Part shown: one piece after another, positions 20,373 to 30,954 of the stretch
How the letters are laid out: every line of letters starts with the position of its first letter
How positions within the stretch are numbered: the stretch's first letter is position 1
Assembly (NCBI GenBank): GCA_041946805.1
Contig: JBHGBC010000001.1
Location: 64,001 to 128,000 of the forward strand
Origin: a bacterium
Lineage (GTDB): Bacteria > Hinthialibacterota > Hinthialibacteria > Hinthialibacterales > Hinthialibacteraceae
Direction of reading: 5' to 3'
DNA length: 64,000 nucleotides
Position numbers and translations under genes: made by a program
Notes under the pieces: generated by a model
Databases searched by the model: none
Told to the model about the DNA's origin: nothing
What the model saw: only the letters and a program-made list of their open reading frames with translations

Positions 20373-20484
20373 TTTTATCCCTATGCGGTCAAATCATAAT
20401 GGAAAAACCCACGGATGGATAATCTCACACCTACGAATGGCGAATACCCTCTCCATCCCAAACTGACTCGATTGTGGAAAGGGA

Positions 20485-20513
20485 ACCATAGTTTCGAAAG
20501 GCGCTTTTGTCAA
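20485..20513 (-). promoter_or_regulatory. Sigma70-type promoter for the dksA-like gene
   Basis: Minus strand TTGACA-N17-TATGGT about 110 bp upstream of the start. Confidence 0.6.
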
Positions 20514-20661
20514 TAGTGTTTTGTGAATTCAGTCAGTCCAAAACCATCCCCCGGGAATCGCTAGAGTCCGAAATCCATTATCGGCCGGTGTTTCATTCCC
20601 ATAAATCGAGCTCTCTCCCGGCGTCTCCAGGCCACCCGTATTGGGAAGGTACAATCATAAA

Positions 20662-21684
20662 TCAATATAGATCAGGCCAGTAGGTTAACGAATCCCACAT
20701 CCCGGCCATCTCTCCGGTGAAAGCCGAGAGGCCGAAAATCCCGCCCGTATGGAGAAACAGAACGCGGGATCCCCTGGGGATCGATCCATTTGCGATTTCC
20801 CCCCGCACGCCAGCAAAAGCTTTGCCCGTGTAAACCGGATCCAGGATGAGTCCCTCTCTCTCCGCCGCGTGCCGGAGCAAGCGGAGTTGTTCGGGACTGG
20901 TTTTCGCATAACCCGCGCCGGCGTAGCCATCCACCAGGGTGATCCCGCCCGGGTCCAGCGTCAGGCCGCTTTGGAGCATCCGGGCGGCCCGGGAAGCCTC
21001 ACGAAGGATGCGGGGCTGAAAATAGTCCGCATCCTGGCAAACCGTGATCCCGATCACCCGTTCCGCCATGGATTCGAGGGCGTTTCCCAGATACAGGCCC
21101 GCGTAGGTTCCTCCCGAACCGACCGCGCAGACCAGGCAATCGGGTTGCCAACCCAAGTCCGCGCACTGGTCTTTGATTTCCCGGGCGGCTTCCACGTATC
21201 CCAGAATGCCCACTGCGTTGGATCCGCCGGTGGGGATGATGTAGGGCTTTTTCCCCTGCTGTTTCAGGTCTTCAGCCAGGCGGCTGAGGACTTCGCCGAG
21301 ATGTTCGTGGAACTCATCCCAGGTTATATAGATCACCCGCGCCCCGGCGAGCAAATCGAGTTGCAGATTGCCATCGGCGGCGGCGGGAGGCGCCCCCGCC
21401 AGGACGAGCCAGGCGTCCAGTCCCAGCGCGCGCGCCGCCAGCGCCGTGGCCCGCGCGTGGTTGGAGGTCACCGCCCCGCAGGTGATGACCGTGTCCCCGC
21501 CCTGGTTTACCGCATCCGCCAGCAAGTATTCCAGTTTGCGGACCTTGTTGCCGCCCAGGGTGGAGCCGGTGAGGTCGTCGCGTTTCACCCGCAAGTCGAC
21601 TTCCCATTCCCGGCCGAGCCGCTCCAGCCGTTCGATGGGAGTGGGAATCCGGGCCAAGGATATTTTCGGCGGGAAGATCGGCAT
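20662..21684 (-). CDS. D-cysteine desulfhydrase family PLP enzyme
   Basis: KRDDL, GGNKVRKLE, SNHARATA, GSGGT; LDPVYTGKA has Thr where ACC deaminases have Glu. Confidence 0.88.
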   Translation of the reverse strand: MPIFPPKISLARIPTPIERLERLGREWEVDLRVKRDDLTGSTLGGNKVRKLEYLLADAVNQGGDTVITCGAVTSNHARATALAARALGLDAWLVLAGAPPAAADGNLQLDLLAGARVIYITWDEFHEHLGEVLSRLAEDLKQQGKKPYIIPTGGSNAVGILGYVEAAREIKDQCADLGWQPDCLVCAVGSGGTYAGLYLGNALESMAERVIGITVCQDADYFQPRILREASRAARMLQSGLTLDPGGITLVDGYAGAGYAKTSPEQLRLLRHAAEREGLILDPVYTGKAFAGVRGEIANGSIPRGSRVLFLHTGGIFGLSAFTGEMAGMWDSLTYWPDLY

Positions 21685-21835
21685 GGTTTCCCCCAACCAC
21701 ACCTCCTTGAACGCATCCAAGGGGGCACTCCGGATTTCCGGAGTGAAATCAATCCTTCCCCGCCCTGATGCATCTCCGCGTGCCGCGGACGAGGAACGAA
21801 CCGGCCCGGCCGAATGCCGGATTTCAAGCGTTTCC

Positions 21836-22336
21836 CTATTTTCCCGCCGGAGCCTTGTCTTTTTCTTTCTTATCTTCGGGCTTGGATGGGGACACCGGTT
21901 GCGCCGGCTGAGATTTCGAAACGTTGTCTTTCCGCATATTTTGAGGCTGAACGTCGGATTTGCCAATGAAAATGACGCCTTCCTCGATCTTCAATTTGGC
22001 CGCCTTGATGTCGCCGCGCAACTCCGCCGCCGAGCGCAGCTCGACGAGATCGTTGGCCTGGATGTTCCCGGTGATTTTCCCCTCGACCACAATACTGCCC
22101 ACGCTGATTTCGGCGGTCACTTCACCGGTTTTGCCTATGATCAGGTGGCCCTCCGAGGAAATATCTCCATTGAATTTTCCCTCAATCCGCAGACCCTCCT
22201 TGAACTTCAGCGTCCCCTCAAACTCCGTGTCTTTCCCCAAGGTGGTGTAAGGCTGCTCGTCTCTTCGGGGCAAGGCGGATGCGGGCTGGACTGGCGTGTT
22301 CACGGGAGTCGTTCGTTCATTCCGCAGAATATCCAC
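21836..22336 (-). CDS. Bactofilin (polymer-forming cytoskeletal protein)
   Basis: TTLGKDTEFEGTL...LRIEG.F.G.I...L.IG..G.V...I.VEG...G.I.A...IEEG..F.G beta-helix pattern. Confidence 0.92.
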   Translation of the reverse strand: MDILRNERTTPVNTPVQPASALPRRDEQPYTTLGKDTEFEGTLKFKEGLRIEGKFNGDISSEGHLIIGKTGEVTAEISVGSIVVEGKITGNIQANDLVELRSAAELRGDIKAAKLKIEEGVIFIGKSDVQPQNMRKDNVSKSQPAQPVSPSKPEDKKEKDKAPAGK

Positions 22337-22437
22337 GGTTTGTGATCCTCCTGCAACAGGGTATTAATGAAAAGTTCTCCTACGGCTGCGAGATAACCCG
22401 CGGGGCATTCTCATAGCCAGGGAATTTGAGTTTTTCC

Positions 22438-22466
22438 ACATTACCAATCTATGGTCCCAATGTCAA
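22438..22466 (-). promoter_or_regulatory. Sigma70-type promoter for the bactofilin gene
   Basis: Minus strand TTGACA-N17-TAATGT about 100 bp upstream of the start. Confidence 0.55.
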
Positions 22467-22991
22467 TTCGGTTAAAGGGAGAAGCCGTCAAAATGACCCT
22501 GTCCCCCGGATTATTGCGATTGGCCGCGGGATGGGATTTTGGGATTCATCCCAAACACGCTCTTTTTCCAATTGGCGCGTACCAATAGGCACGACCGGTC
22601 CCTTATTCCATCCGTTGAAAAAACCACCCATTTCCCTCTCCCTTGCTGATGGACAGGATAGGGTAGGTGTCCCCTCCTCCCGGTTTGGCATCGTTTTTCA
22701 TCAAACAGCTGGGGCGCATAGCAACGTGCCCCAGCTATCCATACACCCCTATCGTCACCAATCCCAGCCCAAATCCTCCGTATTCCTTATCCGTGCAATC
22801 TGTGCCCTTATCCGTGTCATCCGTGGTTCAATCCGGCTGCTCAACCCCCTTTGATTTTGCCTCTGCTCCTTCGGTGGGACAGGCCAGGACGAGGGTAGCA
22901 TGGCCGGGGCGTCCGGCAGGCCGCCCTATCCATTCATCCAGCAATCAAGAGGATCAATCCGGAATCCTGGCTTGCTCGAAACCTCTACGGC

Positions 22992-23621
22992 TCATGCTTG
23001 TCGGCATTGCAGAATTGGTGGGGGCAGCAGTTCCGAGATCGAAAAGATGGGTGCGTAGGGGATGCCGGCCTTTTCGAAGGCTTCTTTCCCGCCTTGTTCC
23101 CGGTCCACCAGGGCGATCAGCCTGATGATCGATCCGCCCTGGGCCTGGACGGCTTCGGCCGCGCGCAAAACGGATCCGCCGGTGGTGATCACGTCTTCCA
23201 CCAAAAGCACTTTCCTGCCGGCGATGGCCGGCCCTTCAATCAGGTCTTGCGTGCCGTGTTTTTTGGCTTCTTTCCGGACGATAAACAAGGACAGGGGATA
23301 TCCCATCACCAGGCTCAACGCGGCCACCGCCCCCACCATGGCGTCCGCCCCCAGGGTTGGGCCGCCCACCGCCTCGGCCCCGCTCTTCCAGGCCGCGTCG
23401 AGAATGAGCCGGGCGGCGCAGAAGAGACCTTCTGGATCGCCGGTGGTCAGTTTGCCGTTGATGTAATAATTGGATTTCAGGCCGGACGTCAACAGGAACG
23501 GTTGCCCGGGCGGCGCGATCTTGATGGATTTCTCCACAATGACGCGGGACAGCCGCTCACGGATGGAGTTCAGGTCCCAATTCAGCGCGTTCGGATTCGG
23601 AATGGAGGCTGGCAGTGGCAT
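22992..23621 (-). CDS. pyrE: Orotate phosphoribosyltransferase
   Basis: FLLTSG.KSNYY, GGPTLGA, VRKEAKKHGT, VEDVITTGGS, VDREQGG. Confidence 0.93.
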   Translation of the reverse strand: MPLPASIPNPNALNWDLNSIRERLSRVIVEKSIKIAPPGQPFLLTSGLKSNYYINGKLTTGDPEGLFCAARLILDAAWKSGAEAVGGPTLGADAMVGAVAALSLVMGYPLSLFIVRKEAKKHGTQDLIEGPAIAGRKVLLVEDVITTGGSVLRAAEAVQAQGGSIIRLIALVDREQGGKEAFEKAGIPYAPIFSISELLPPPILQCRQA

Positions 23622-23718
23622 GGGGTGGAATCCTCGAAGATCGATTGCGTTTCAACTTCGCATAAACAACTGAGGCAGTATACACCAGTAAGAAACCGGA
23701 ATCAGCCTAGAATTCTAT

Positions 23719-23802
23719 GGATGATGTCATCCCCGGCCTCAGGATGATGTCATCCCGCGAAAGCGGGGATCCAGACCACTGCCCCGGGGTTGCAACCCTG
23801 GG
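23719..23802. repeat. GTCATCCCGCGAAAGCGGGGATCCA-type palindromic repeat cluster
   Basis: Related hairpins near 10967, 17716 and 33797; tandem GGATGATGTCATCCC at ~23719 and ~23742. Confidence 0.7.
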
Positions 23803-23825
23803 CATTCGCAGGTGGTGGAGAAACC

Positions 23826-26075
23826 TCAAGGCAGTCCCTTGCGCCAGCGGAGAAACCACTCACAGGCCAGGAAGGCGATCAGCGCCAAGGCCATCCACCA
23901 CTTCTCGCCCAGGAAACGGGCGTGTTCCTCTTCCCGGACCTGGGCGGTGGAGGGGATTTGATCGGCCAGATTTTTCCAGGCGGGCTGGTTGGCGTATCCA
24001 CCACCGGTGGATTTGGCGATGGCCTGCAGAATTTCGATGTTTTGCCGTAAGTCCCGCGATTCCAGGGAACTGTTCTCCACTACAAATTCCGCCGTGGCAT
24101 CTCCCGCCGCGTTGGCGACGCGGTATTCACCCGGCTCCACGGGCGTGTAGCGGCCCTCGAACTGCCCGGGCGTGGAAGCCGAGGGTTGCAACCAGAGCGT
24201 CTCCCGTTTTGTGGGGCCGGAAACGGTCAGTGGTATTCCGCTCGCGGTGGCGGAGGCAACCGTAGCCAGGGCTGTGTACGTAAACCGCGCCTTTTCATAC
24301 GGCTCGAACAGGTACCCATCGACGAGAATTTGGCCGGATTGCATCCGCAGGTTTGGATACGCCTGGTAGAGCGTCGTCAGCCAGAACGGCGTGAGCGCGT
24401 CCCGGCCGGTCAGCAGGTTCCACCGCCAGAAGGAATGGCTGCCCAGAATGACCATCCGTCCCAGGCCGTAGCGGTACGATACCACCAGGGGAACCGGTTC
24501 GTCGAACAGGTTTTTGCCTTGGAGCAGGACCTGACCGCTGTCGAAGGACGGCCGGGGTGTAAATGAATCGGCCAGGGGGGGCCATTCCATGCCGGAAGGA
24601 TCCCGCAGCCCGGCCAGGTAAGGCGAATCCGGGGTGGCGTCCAGGTTCAGCAAAACCGGCTGGGAGGTCATGACGAACATCCGGGCCAGGGGGGCGGGTA
24701 ACAGGTTCCGGGTTTCGGGAGACAGCGGCATGGAATTGTTCGCACCCGGTAGAAACAACAATCCACCGCCGTTCGTGACATACTCGTTCATTTTTTCGAT
24801 GAACGGCCGGTTTATGGCCGTGAATGTAAAATTGTGCAGCAGGATGAGGGCCCACCGGGACAAATCGGACTGGATCGCTTCCAAACTTTGGGGGGGAGCG
24901 TCCGTATCCTCCCCGCCGGCATCGCTGGGGGCGGAACCGGGTCCCAAGGTGGCATGCTTTCGCACCCACGGCCGGTCTCCCGCCGGAAACAGCCGGTTGT
25001 CCCGGAAATAAAAGACGTCGGGGGTGATGGTTTCCTGACTTTCCAGAATCCGCTTCAAAAACTTGAAATCCCAATCCGGCCCCGAGGTCAGCAACAGCAC
25101 CCGTTCGGTTATGTCCCGCACTTGCACGCCGCGTGTCAGGCGGTTGTTGTTCGCCAGCCATTCGCCTTCCTGGGGCACGCTCTCGAGGGTGAACAGATAA
25201 TCCCCCTTGGGGAGTGCGGGAATCTCGAGGGTAAGGGAGGCTTCTGAATTATCGGGTGAAAACGAGACGGCTTGTTCCTCGTAATACACCTGGGAGCCGT
25301 CCGCCTTCTGACCGAGGACCTTGACCATCACCGGGCTGGACGGGATGGGACCTCGCGCGGCCAGATGAACCTGGAGTGGGAGCGCCTCCCCCGGGCGGGC
25401 GATTTTCGGCAACTGGACTGATTCGAGCACGATGTCGAAGAGCGGGTTGGCGGTTCCGATGCCGAAGGTGAAGATCTTCGCGGCAGTGAGATTATCGCCA
25501 CTCGCGAGTGGCGCGGCCTGGGCCATGGGATTGGGCCCCTGGTTCCATTGCCCGTCCGTGAAAAACAACAGGCAGGAGGGGCGGTTCGGATCCCGCTCCC
25601 GCTCGTACCGGCCGATGACCGCCGACAGGTCGGTGCTGGGGGCGGCGGGGGTGGCGGAATGCGGCAGTTCGGACAGCCAGGGCGGAGTGGAGTCCGGAGA
25701 AAGGCCGGAGCCGGAAAATACGTTGTACCGGATTTCAAATCCCAAGCGTTCCCAGGCTGGGCCTTGGCGGGAAAGGAATCTCAGGATCTCGTCCCAGCGG
25801 GTGGGATGGGGTCGTCCCGGCCGGTCCTGAGCTGGATCCGGCGGGTAGGACATGCTTTGGGAATCATCGAGCGCAACATACAAGACGGACGGTACCGTGA
25901 TCCGCCGGATTTCCCGCGCCTGGGGATTGGTCAGCAGCCACAAGACCAGCGCCAGAAACCCGAACCGGCACGCCGTCAACGCGTAGCGGAAACCCGGAGT
26001 GATCGGGGCGTTGAGGCATCTCAGGGAGTAGAGATACAACACCAGCCCCAGTGAAAAAATCGTCAAAAACAACAA
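23826..26075 (-). CDS. Membrane-anchored vWA protein with Ig-like and class I GATase-like domains
   Basis: MIDAS DDSQS...TDL...TDG, NNRL, WDFKFLKRIL, YV.NGGGLL, YGLGR...WRW, C-terminal TM ending EWFLRWRKGLP; TTG start. Confidence 0.8.
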   Translation of the reverse strand: MLFLTIFSLGLVLYLYSLRCLNAPITPGFRYALTACRFGFLALVLWLLTNPQAREIRRITVPSVLYVALDDSQSMSYPPDPAQDRPGRPHPTRWDEILRFLSRQGPAWERLGFEIRYNVFSGSGLSPDSTPPWLSELPHSATPAAPSTDLSAVIGRYERERDPNRPSCLLFFTDGQWNQGPNPMAQAAPLASGDNLTAAKIFTFGIGTANPLFDIVLESVQLPKIARPGEALPLQVHLAARGPIPSSPVMVKVLGQKADGSQVYYEEQAVSFSPDNSEASLTLEIPALPKGDYLFTLESVPQEGEWLANNNRLTRGVQVRDITERVLLLTSGPDWDFKFLKRILESQETITPDVFYFRDNRLFPAGDRPWVRKHATLGPGSAPSDAGGEDTDAPPQSLEAIQSDLSRWALILLHNFTFTAINRPFIEKMNEYVTNGGGLLFLPGANNSMPLSPETRNLLPAPLARMFVMTSQPVLLNLDATPDSPYLAGLRDPSGMEWPPLADSFTPRPSFDSGQVLLQGKNLFDEPVPLVVSYRYGLGRMVILGSHSFWRWNLLTGRDALTPFWLTTLYQAYPNLRMQSGQILVDGYLFEPYEKARFTYTALATVASATASGIPLTVSGPTKRETLWLQPSASTPGQFEGRYTPVEPGEYRVANAAGDATAEFVVENSSLESRDLRQNIEILQAIAKSTGGGYANQPAWKNLADQIPSTAQVREEEHARFLGEKWWMALALIAFLACEWFLRWRKGLP

Positions 26076-26166
26076 AAGACATGTACCTCTTTCTTACGAT
26101 TCATTGAACAAACGTGTACTTTTTTATACAGGCCCGATTGGTACCCAACAACCTGGGCCTGAATTT

Positions 26167-26199
26167 CCCTCTCCCCCTGGGAGATGGTTAGGGGTAGGG
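26167..26199 (+). repeat. CCCTCTCCC-family REP
   Basis: CCCTCTCCCCCTGGGAGATGGTTAGGGGTAGGG. Confidence 0.7.
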
Positions 26200-26386
26200 A
26201 CTTCTTTAATTCTTCATCCCTCCCCTGGCCCTGACATGTAGGACAAGGATGAAAAAACTCCCGTATTATTCTTTTCATACTAGCCTTGATAGAAGGTAAA
26301 ATGGAGAGCCCAAAGGATACGAAAATGTTTTCCTCTCAATAAATCGGGCCGAGATGCGTTTAAAAATGGGGATGGAATGAGACGCC

Positions 26387-26980
26387 ATGGACAATCGGGA
26401 ACACGGATCCTTGTTCATTCAATACCGGGATAAAGGCGACTTGTCCGCGTTTCAGGTTTTGCTGGATATTTTTAACAAGCCTCTTTTCAACTACTTATTG
26501 AGGCTTTTGCGGAGGACGGAAGACGCCGAGGACGCCCTGCAGGAGGTATGGTTCAAGGTGATCCGGCAAGCCCATACCTATACGGACCAGGGCCGGTTTT
26601 CCTCCTGGATTTACCGCATCGCTCACAACCACAGCATGGACGTTTTCCGGCGCGGCAACCACTTTCCCCTCGAGGAGGAAAGCGGCGATCCGGAATACGG
26701 CGAATCACGGCTGGACCGGTTGGAATCGGAGAACCCCTCCCCGCGGGACCTCCTCATGGAGCAAGAGCGTTACGACATGCTGGAGGCGGCGGTGGGACAG
26801 TTGCCGGAGGCGATCCGGGAAGTGTATATCCTTCGGGCCATGCACGACGTTCCTTTCAAGGACATCGCGGTGATTCAGAATGCACCGCTGGGAACGGTCT
26901 TGTCCCGCATGCACCAAGCGGTCCAGCGATTGCAAAAAGTCATCGCGGAAGAGGAAAAAACCTCACTGGGCACCGCGTAA
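26387..26980 (+). CDS. ECF RNA polymerase sigma factor
   Basis: DAEDALQEVW, FSSWIYRIAHN, LPEAIREV..LR, F.DIA...PLGTVLSRMH. Confidence 0.93.
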   Translation: MDNREHGSLFIQYRDKGDLSAFQVLLDIFNKPLFNYLLRLLRRTEDAEDALQEVWFKVIRQAHTYTDQGRFSSWIYRIAHNHSMDVFRRGNHFPLEEESGDPEYGESRLDRLESENPSPRDLLMEQERYDMLEAAVGQLPEAIREVYILRAMHDVPFKDIAVIQNAPLGTVLSRMHQAVQRLQKVIAEEEKTSLGTA

Positions 26981-26996
26981 CCGGGGAAGAGAAACC

Positions 26997-27497
26997 ATGA
27001 AGATTAGACCCCTTTTCCAAACGCCAGATCCTCACCGGATTCCCACCGGGGAAGAGATGCTACGGTTTCTGGACGAACCGGAAACCAGCGAGACCCGGCG
27101 GGCGTTTTTGAACCAATGCGTCCTTTCCGGCAACGGCCTGGAACAATGGAACGAGATCCAGCGGGCCGTCCAGGCGGGACAGGAACTGACCCGTTTCGAG
27201 CCGGCGCCGGAAATCCGCGCCCGGGTGATGGAGGCGGCCTTCGCTTCCGCGCGAGGGATACCCACCATCCGGCCGGAAGCGCCCCGGCGGAAAGGCTTTA
27301 CTGCTTTCCCCGGCTGGCGGCTGGCGTGGGCCGCCCTGTTTCTGGCCCTTTCCTGGAGCGGCTATCTGCAATTCCAACCCCGGCAATCCAGCCTGATTTA
27401 CAGCGAGCCGTTCAACTATGAATTGCTCACCTTGCAGGAAGACTTGGATGAACTCCAGACGAGTATCGGTCTGGACAACGATTTGATTTCCGGATGA
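26997..27497 (+). CDS. Putative single-pass anti-sigma factor
   Basis: Directly downstream of the ECF sigma gene; cytoplasmic N-terminus plus one TM helix (WRLAWAALFLALSW). Confidence 0.6.
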   Translation: MKIRPLFQTPDPHRIPTGEEMLRFLDEPETSETRRAFLNQCVLSGNGLEQWNEIQRAVQAGQELTRFEPAPEIRARVMEAAFASARGIPTIRPEAPRRKGFTAFPGWRLAWAALFLALSWSGYLQFQPRQSSLIYSEPFNYELLTLQEDLDELQTSIGLDNDLISG

Positions 27498-27506
27498 TGA
27501 AATGCC

Positions 27507-28370
27507 ATGAAAAACCGAAGTTGGCTTAAAAAACTGATCTGCACGGGAATGGTTGCCGGTCTGGGATTCTGGTTGATCAATGGGAAAACCCCATATCCGG
27601 CCTTTTCCGCGGAAGAAGAAACCAGCGGCCCGGCGGCGTCCCCGGTGGAATCGGCCACTCCCGCCGCCGGAAATACAATTTCCCCGGCGGTGATCCCGGA
27701 CGCCACCCTGGAAAATGAGGATCTCGAACCACTGGAGCCCGGATTGTTCCCGCCGGGACCCCCGCCCCACGAGAAACCAGCGCGGGAAGAAGCCGGCCGG
27801 CGCCGGCCGGCCTGGGGCGGTCCACCTGAACCGGGAGGGCCTTATGGATTCGGTCCTGGCCGGCGCGGTCCCGGAGGCCGGGGCGCGGGCGGCGGCCTGA
27901 GAGCCCCCTTCGGGAGGGGGGCCGGTGGCGGGGGCGGTCCCCGGGCACCCATGATGGATTATCTGGATTCACCGGAGCGGATGGCGCGGTTGCGGACGGA
28001 AAATCCCCAACTGGCAGACTTGATCGAGAATTCCCGCCGGGTGACTTACCAGATTGAACACTACCTGGCGGAGTATGACCACGTCCAGGAACCGGCCGGA
28101 AAAGAGAAGATCCTGCAGCAGCTCCAACCGCTGCTGGAAAAGGAGTTTGAGTTGGAATTGCAGCGCCAACACATGGAAATCCAGATGATGGAAGCCCGGT
28201 TGGAGCAATTGAAGACGGCCTTGCAGCGCCGGGAGCAGAACCGGGAGCGCTTTATCCAATACCGCTTGGACACCCTGCTGAAAGGTCTCCGTGAAGCCAC
28301 TCCCATGCACCTCGGCCCGGAAGGCGGGATGACGCCGCCGGAATCTCCTCCACCGCCGGAACATCAATGA
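27507..28370 (+). CDS. Exported Pro/Gly-rich coiled-coil protein, Spy/CpxP-like accessory
   Basis: Signal peptide, G/P/R-rich region, long helical charged C-terminal region; third gene of the ECF module. Confidence 0.55.
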   Translation: MKNRSWLKKLICTGMVAGLGFWLINGKTPYPAFSAEEETSGPAASPVESATPAAGNTISPAVIPDATLENEDLEPLEPGLFPPGPPPHEKPAREEAGRRRPAWGGPPEPGGPYGFGPGRRGPGGRGAGGGLRAPFGRGAGGGGGPRAPMMDYLDSPERMARLRTENPQLADLIENSRRVTYQIEHYLAEYDHVQEPAGKEKILQQLQPLLEKEFELELQRQHMEIQMMEARLEQLKTALQRREQNRERFIQYRLDTLLKGLREATPMHLGPEGGMTPPESPPPPEHQ

Positions 28371-28431
28371 GATGAGGGGAGAAACAGAGCCGGGGGAAAT
28401 ATCGGCAGCGCCGGCGGCCCGCATGGGCACA

Positions 28432-28649
28432 ATCCTTCGGAGATGAAATGCGAATAGCCGGGCGTGACAATCTACGGTAACGTTCTAAAAGGAGATGACC
28501 CCGAAGGGATCGAATGGTTAGCAATTCCGTCCCTTCGGGGTTCGGTTTTTAAATATAAAACTGTAAGCTATAGCCTGCGGCTATTCACATGGATCCCCAA
28601 CGGGGATGAACTGTTTTGATCAGGATTTGTTCATAAAAAAGATCAGCCC
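28432..28649. mobile_element. Right-part remnant of the same MITE family
   Basis: Shares CCCGAAGGGATCGAATGG, GGCTATTCA.AT and CGGGGATGA with 17790-17955; ends AAAGATCAGCCC. Confidence 0.7.
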
Positions 28650-29001
28650 CTCGGAAGAGGGCCGGGATAAGGGTTTCGAAATAACGATTCCCCGCATCTT
28701 TACCTTCTCCCGGGGGAAGTAACAATGGTCTCATGGAATTTGAAAAAATTGGGGCGGCCCGCCGGTTGCTCCTGCAAAAAATAGTCATGGGATCTCGGAA
28801 TGGAGGGGTGACCGGCGGGCTGCCCCCGAAGGTACGTTTTGATTCAGATTCTTTGTTCACACGATTCATCCGTTCCACTAAACGGGTGAATCTGATTGTC
28901 TCCGGATGAGCCTTTGATTGTTACGAAGCCGTCGTCATGCATGAATTAAAGTCTTGAAATGGAAACCATAAATTCGGAATACAGGTACGTTCCAAACACC
29001 C

Positions 29002-30951
29002 ATGTTCACCTTATCCAATCCCTTGTTGTTGTGGGCCATGCCGGTGCTGCTGCTGCCTTGGATCTTCCGCCGCCGGCCAGAAGAACGCGTCCAACACCTG
29101 AATTTCCCCCTCATCCAATTTCTGCGGGAATCGGAAGAGAAAGACCTGATCAATCCCCAGCTCCAGGAACTGCTGCTGTTGATCCTGCGCACCGTGCTGC
29201 TGGCCGTGTTGATCCTGGCCTTGGCGGGTCCGGAATGGGTATCGGACGGGCAGCCGGGCCGGGGCTGGTTTTCGTTTCTCCCCTTCGGCGGACGCTTCGA
29301 AAACCACACCGTGGTGATCGATTCCTCCTACAGCATGGGCTACGGGCAGGGCGAGCGCTCGTGGTGGCAAAAAGCCAAACAAGTGAGAGACCAGGCCGGC
29401 CGGGGCCTGTCCGGATTGGCGGTCACCTACGTCCGCTGGGACCGCTCCACGCTTCCGCTCAACCGCGCCGCCCGCCTGGTCCCCCTCTCGGCGGCGGAAC
29501 TCAACCAATTGTTTGAGACGTCCCCCAATCAGCCCGGCGCTTCCATCACCGAACTGGCCGAGGCCTTGAAGCGCAGCGTTGCGTTAGAGGGTAGCATTCT
29601 GCTGATCACCGACGGCCAGCGGGTCCCCTGGCTTCCCCTGCTGCAGGCCACGGCCCGGCCGGACGCGTTCCCCCCGCTGGTGGCGGTCACCGTGGGAGAA
29701 GGCCCCCTGGTCAACACCTGGTGCGATATTCAAACCCACTCCTCTCCGCCCTGGGGCATCGCCGGGTGGGAGACGCTCGCCGGCCAGGTCCATTCGCTCC
29801 GGGATGAAGCCGGCGGCGAGGGAACCGTTTCCATCCAGCTGAAAGACCGCGCGGAGCAGCTGTTTTCCCGCGCGCTGACCTTCCCGGGGGCCACGCCGGA
29901 TCCGGTGGCCATCCCCTTCTCGTTTACCGCCCGGTTTCTGGATTTGATCCCGGGGAACAATCCGGTCCCGCCGGTGTTGGAATTCGTGGTCCAGGTTTCC
30001 CCCGGGGATCCTCTCCCGGTGGATAACCAGGTGGTCGTGCGTGTCCCCACCGCGCCGGCCTTCCGGGTGGGATTCGCGCAAGGTGTTGAGGAAGACAATC
30101 CGGTGCTGCCGGTGTTGTATTCAGCGCTGAATCCCCCGGCGGACGAAGGCAAGCCCTCCCCGGTGACGCTTACGCGCGTCGCGTTGCCCTTCATGATTGA
30201 CGAAAGCCAGGTGGACCTGGTGCTTCTGGAAAAAAGCCTCGTGGGAGACCGGCTGGACGCGGCCGACTCCTCCGCCTTGATGGAATACGTCAAAAACGGC
30301 GGCGCGGTCATTCTCTTCACGGGAGGCGAACCTTCCGCTCCCGGTCCCTGGACCGCCTTGCTGGAAACCATGGGCTGGCGGTGGCTCGAGGCAACTCCGG
30401 CTGGAGACCAGCCTTCTCCGGTTTCCGTCAACAGCACGGGGATATGGGGCAAGGCGCTGTCCACCTGGGAGCCGTCGATGTGGCAACCGTGGATGCCCGC
30501 GCGCGCCGGACGGTTGGAGACCGGTGAAATCCACCCCCGGGTGGTCTACCAGGCCGGCAGCCAGACCGCGCACCTTATCAGTGAAGCGGTAGTGGGCAAA
30601 GGCCGGGTCTGGGTGGTGAACACCGGCCTGCGTCCCGAAGCGGGCGTCTGGCTTTCGCCCCTGCTGCCTGTGTTTCTATGGGAAACCGCCAAGGATACCG
30701 CCCGCCTCCGGCGTCCCGTCTCCTTTCAACTGTCCGAATCCAACGCGGAATCGGATATCCGCCTGCTGTCGAACGAGGAGAAACAGCAACTGAGTCAAAC
30801 CTACGGTGTCCGGTTCATCCCACCGGAGGAGATGGGTGAATTGGCCGCGTCCCTGTATGGCGGGACAGATCTGCGCGCGTTGCTGCTGGCCTTTGGCGGC
30901 GCGTTAGCCCTGCTGGAATCCTGGCTGGCCAACCGCTTGGCCTCGTTATAA
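29002..30951 (+). CDS. BatA N-terminal domain / vWA membrane protein
   Basis: MF..SNPLLLW..P...P, FP..QFL, LLLLILR..LLA.LILALAGP; MIDAS DSSYS and TDG; YVKNGG; C-terminal LALLESWLA. Confidence 0.8.
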   Translation: MFTLSNPLLLWAMPVLLLPWIFRRRPEERVQHLNFPLIQFLRESEEKDLINPQLQELLLLILRTVLLAVLILALAGPEWVSDGQPGRGWFSFLPFGGRFENHTVVIDSSYSMGYGQGERSWWQKAKQVRDQAGRGLSGLAVTYVRWDRSTLPLNRAARLVPLSAAELNQLFETSPNQPGASITELAEALKRSVALEGSILLITDGQRVPWLPLLQATARPDAFPPLVAVTVGEGPLVNTWCDIQTHSSPPWGIAGWETLAGQVHSLRDEAGGEGTVSIQLKDRAEQLFSRALTFPGATPDPVAIPFSFTARFLDLIPGNNPVPPVLEFVVQVSPGDPLPVDNQVVVRVPTAPAFRVGFAQGVEEDNPVLPVLYSALNPPADEGKPSPVTLTRVALPFMIDESQVDLVLLEKSLVGDRLDAADSSALMEYVKNGGAVILFTGGEPSAPGPWTALLETMGWRWLEATPAGDQPSPVSVNSTGIWGKALSTWEPSMWQPWMPARAGRLETGEIHPRVVYQAGSQTAHLISEAVVGKGRVWVVNTGLRPEAGVWLSPLLPVFLWETAKDTARLRRPVSFQLSESNAESDIRLLSNEEKQQLSQTYGVRFIPPEEMGELAASLYGGTDLRALLLAFGGALALLESWLANRLASL

Positions 30952-30954
30952 GCC

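Noticed and set aside
20662..21684. ACC deaminase assignment
   Set aside because: DPVYTGK rather than DPVYEGK indicates the D-cysteine desulfhydrase branch
26335..26362. Possible autoregulatory ECF promoter (TCAATAAA...CGTTT)
   Set aside because: Too degenerate to support without a second matching site
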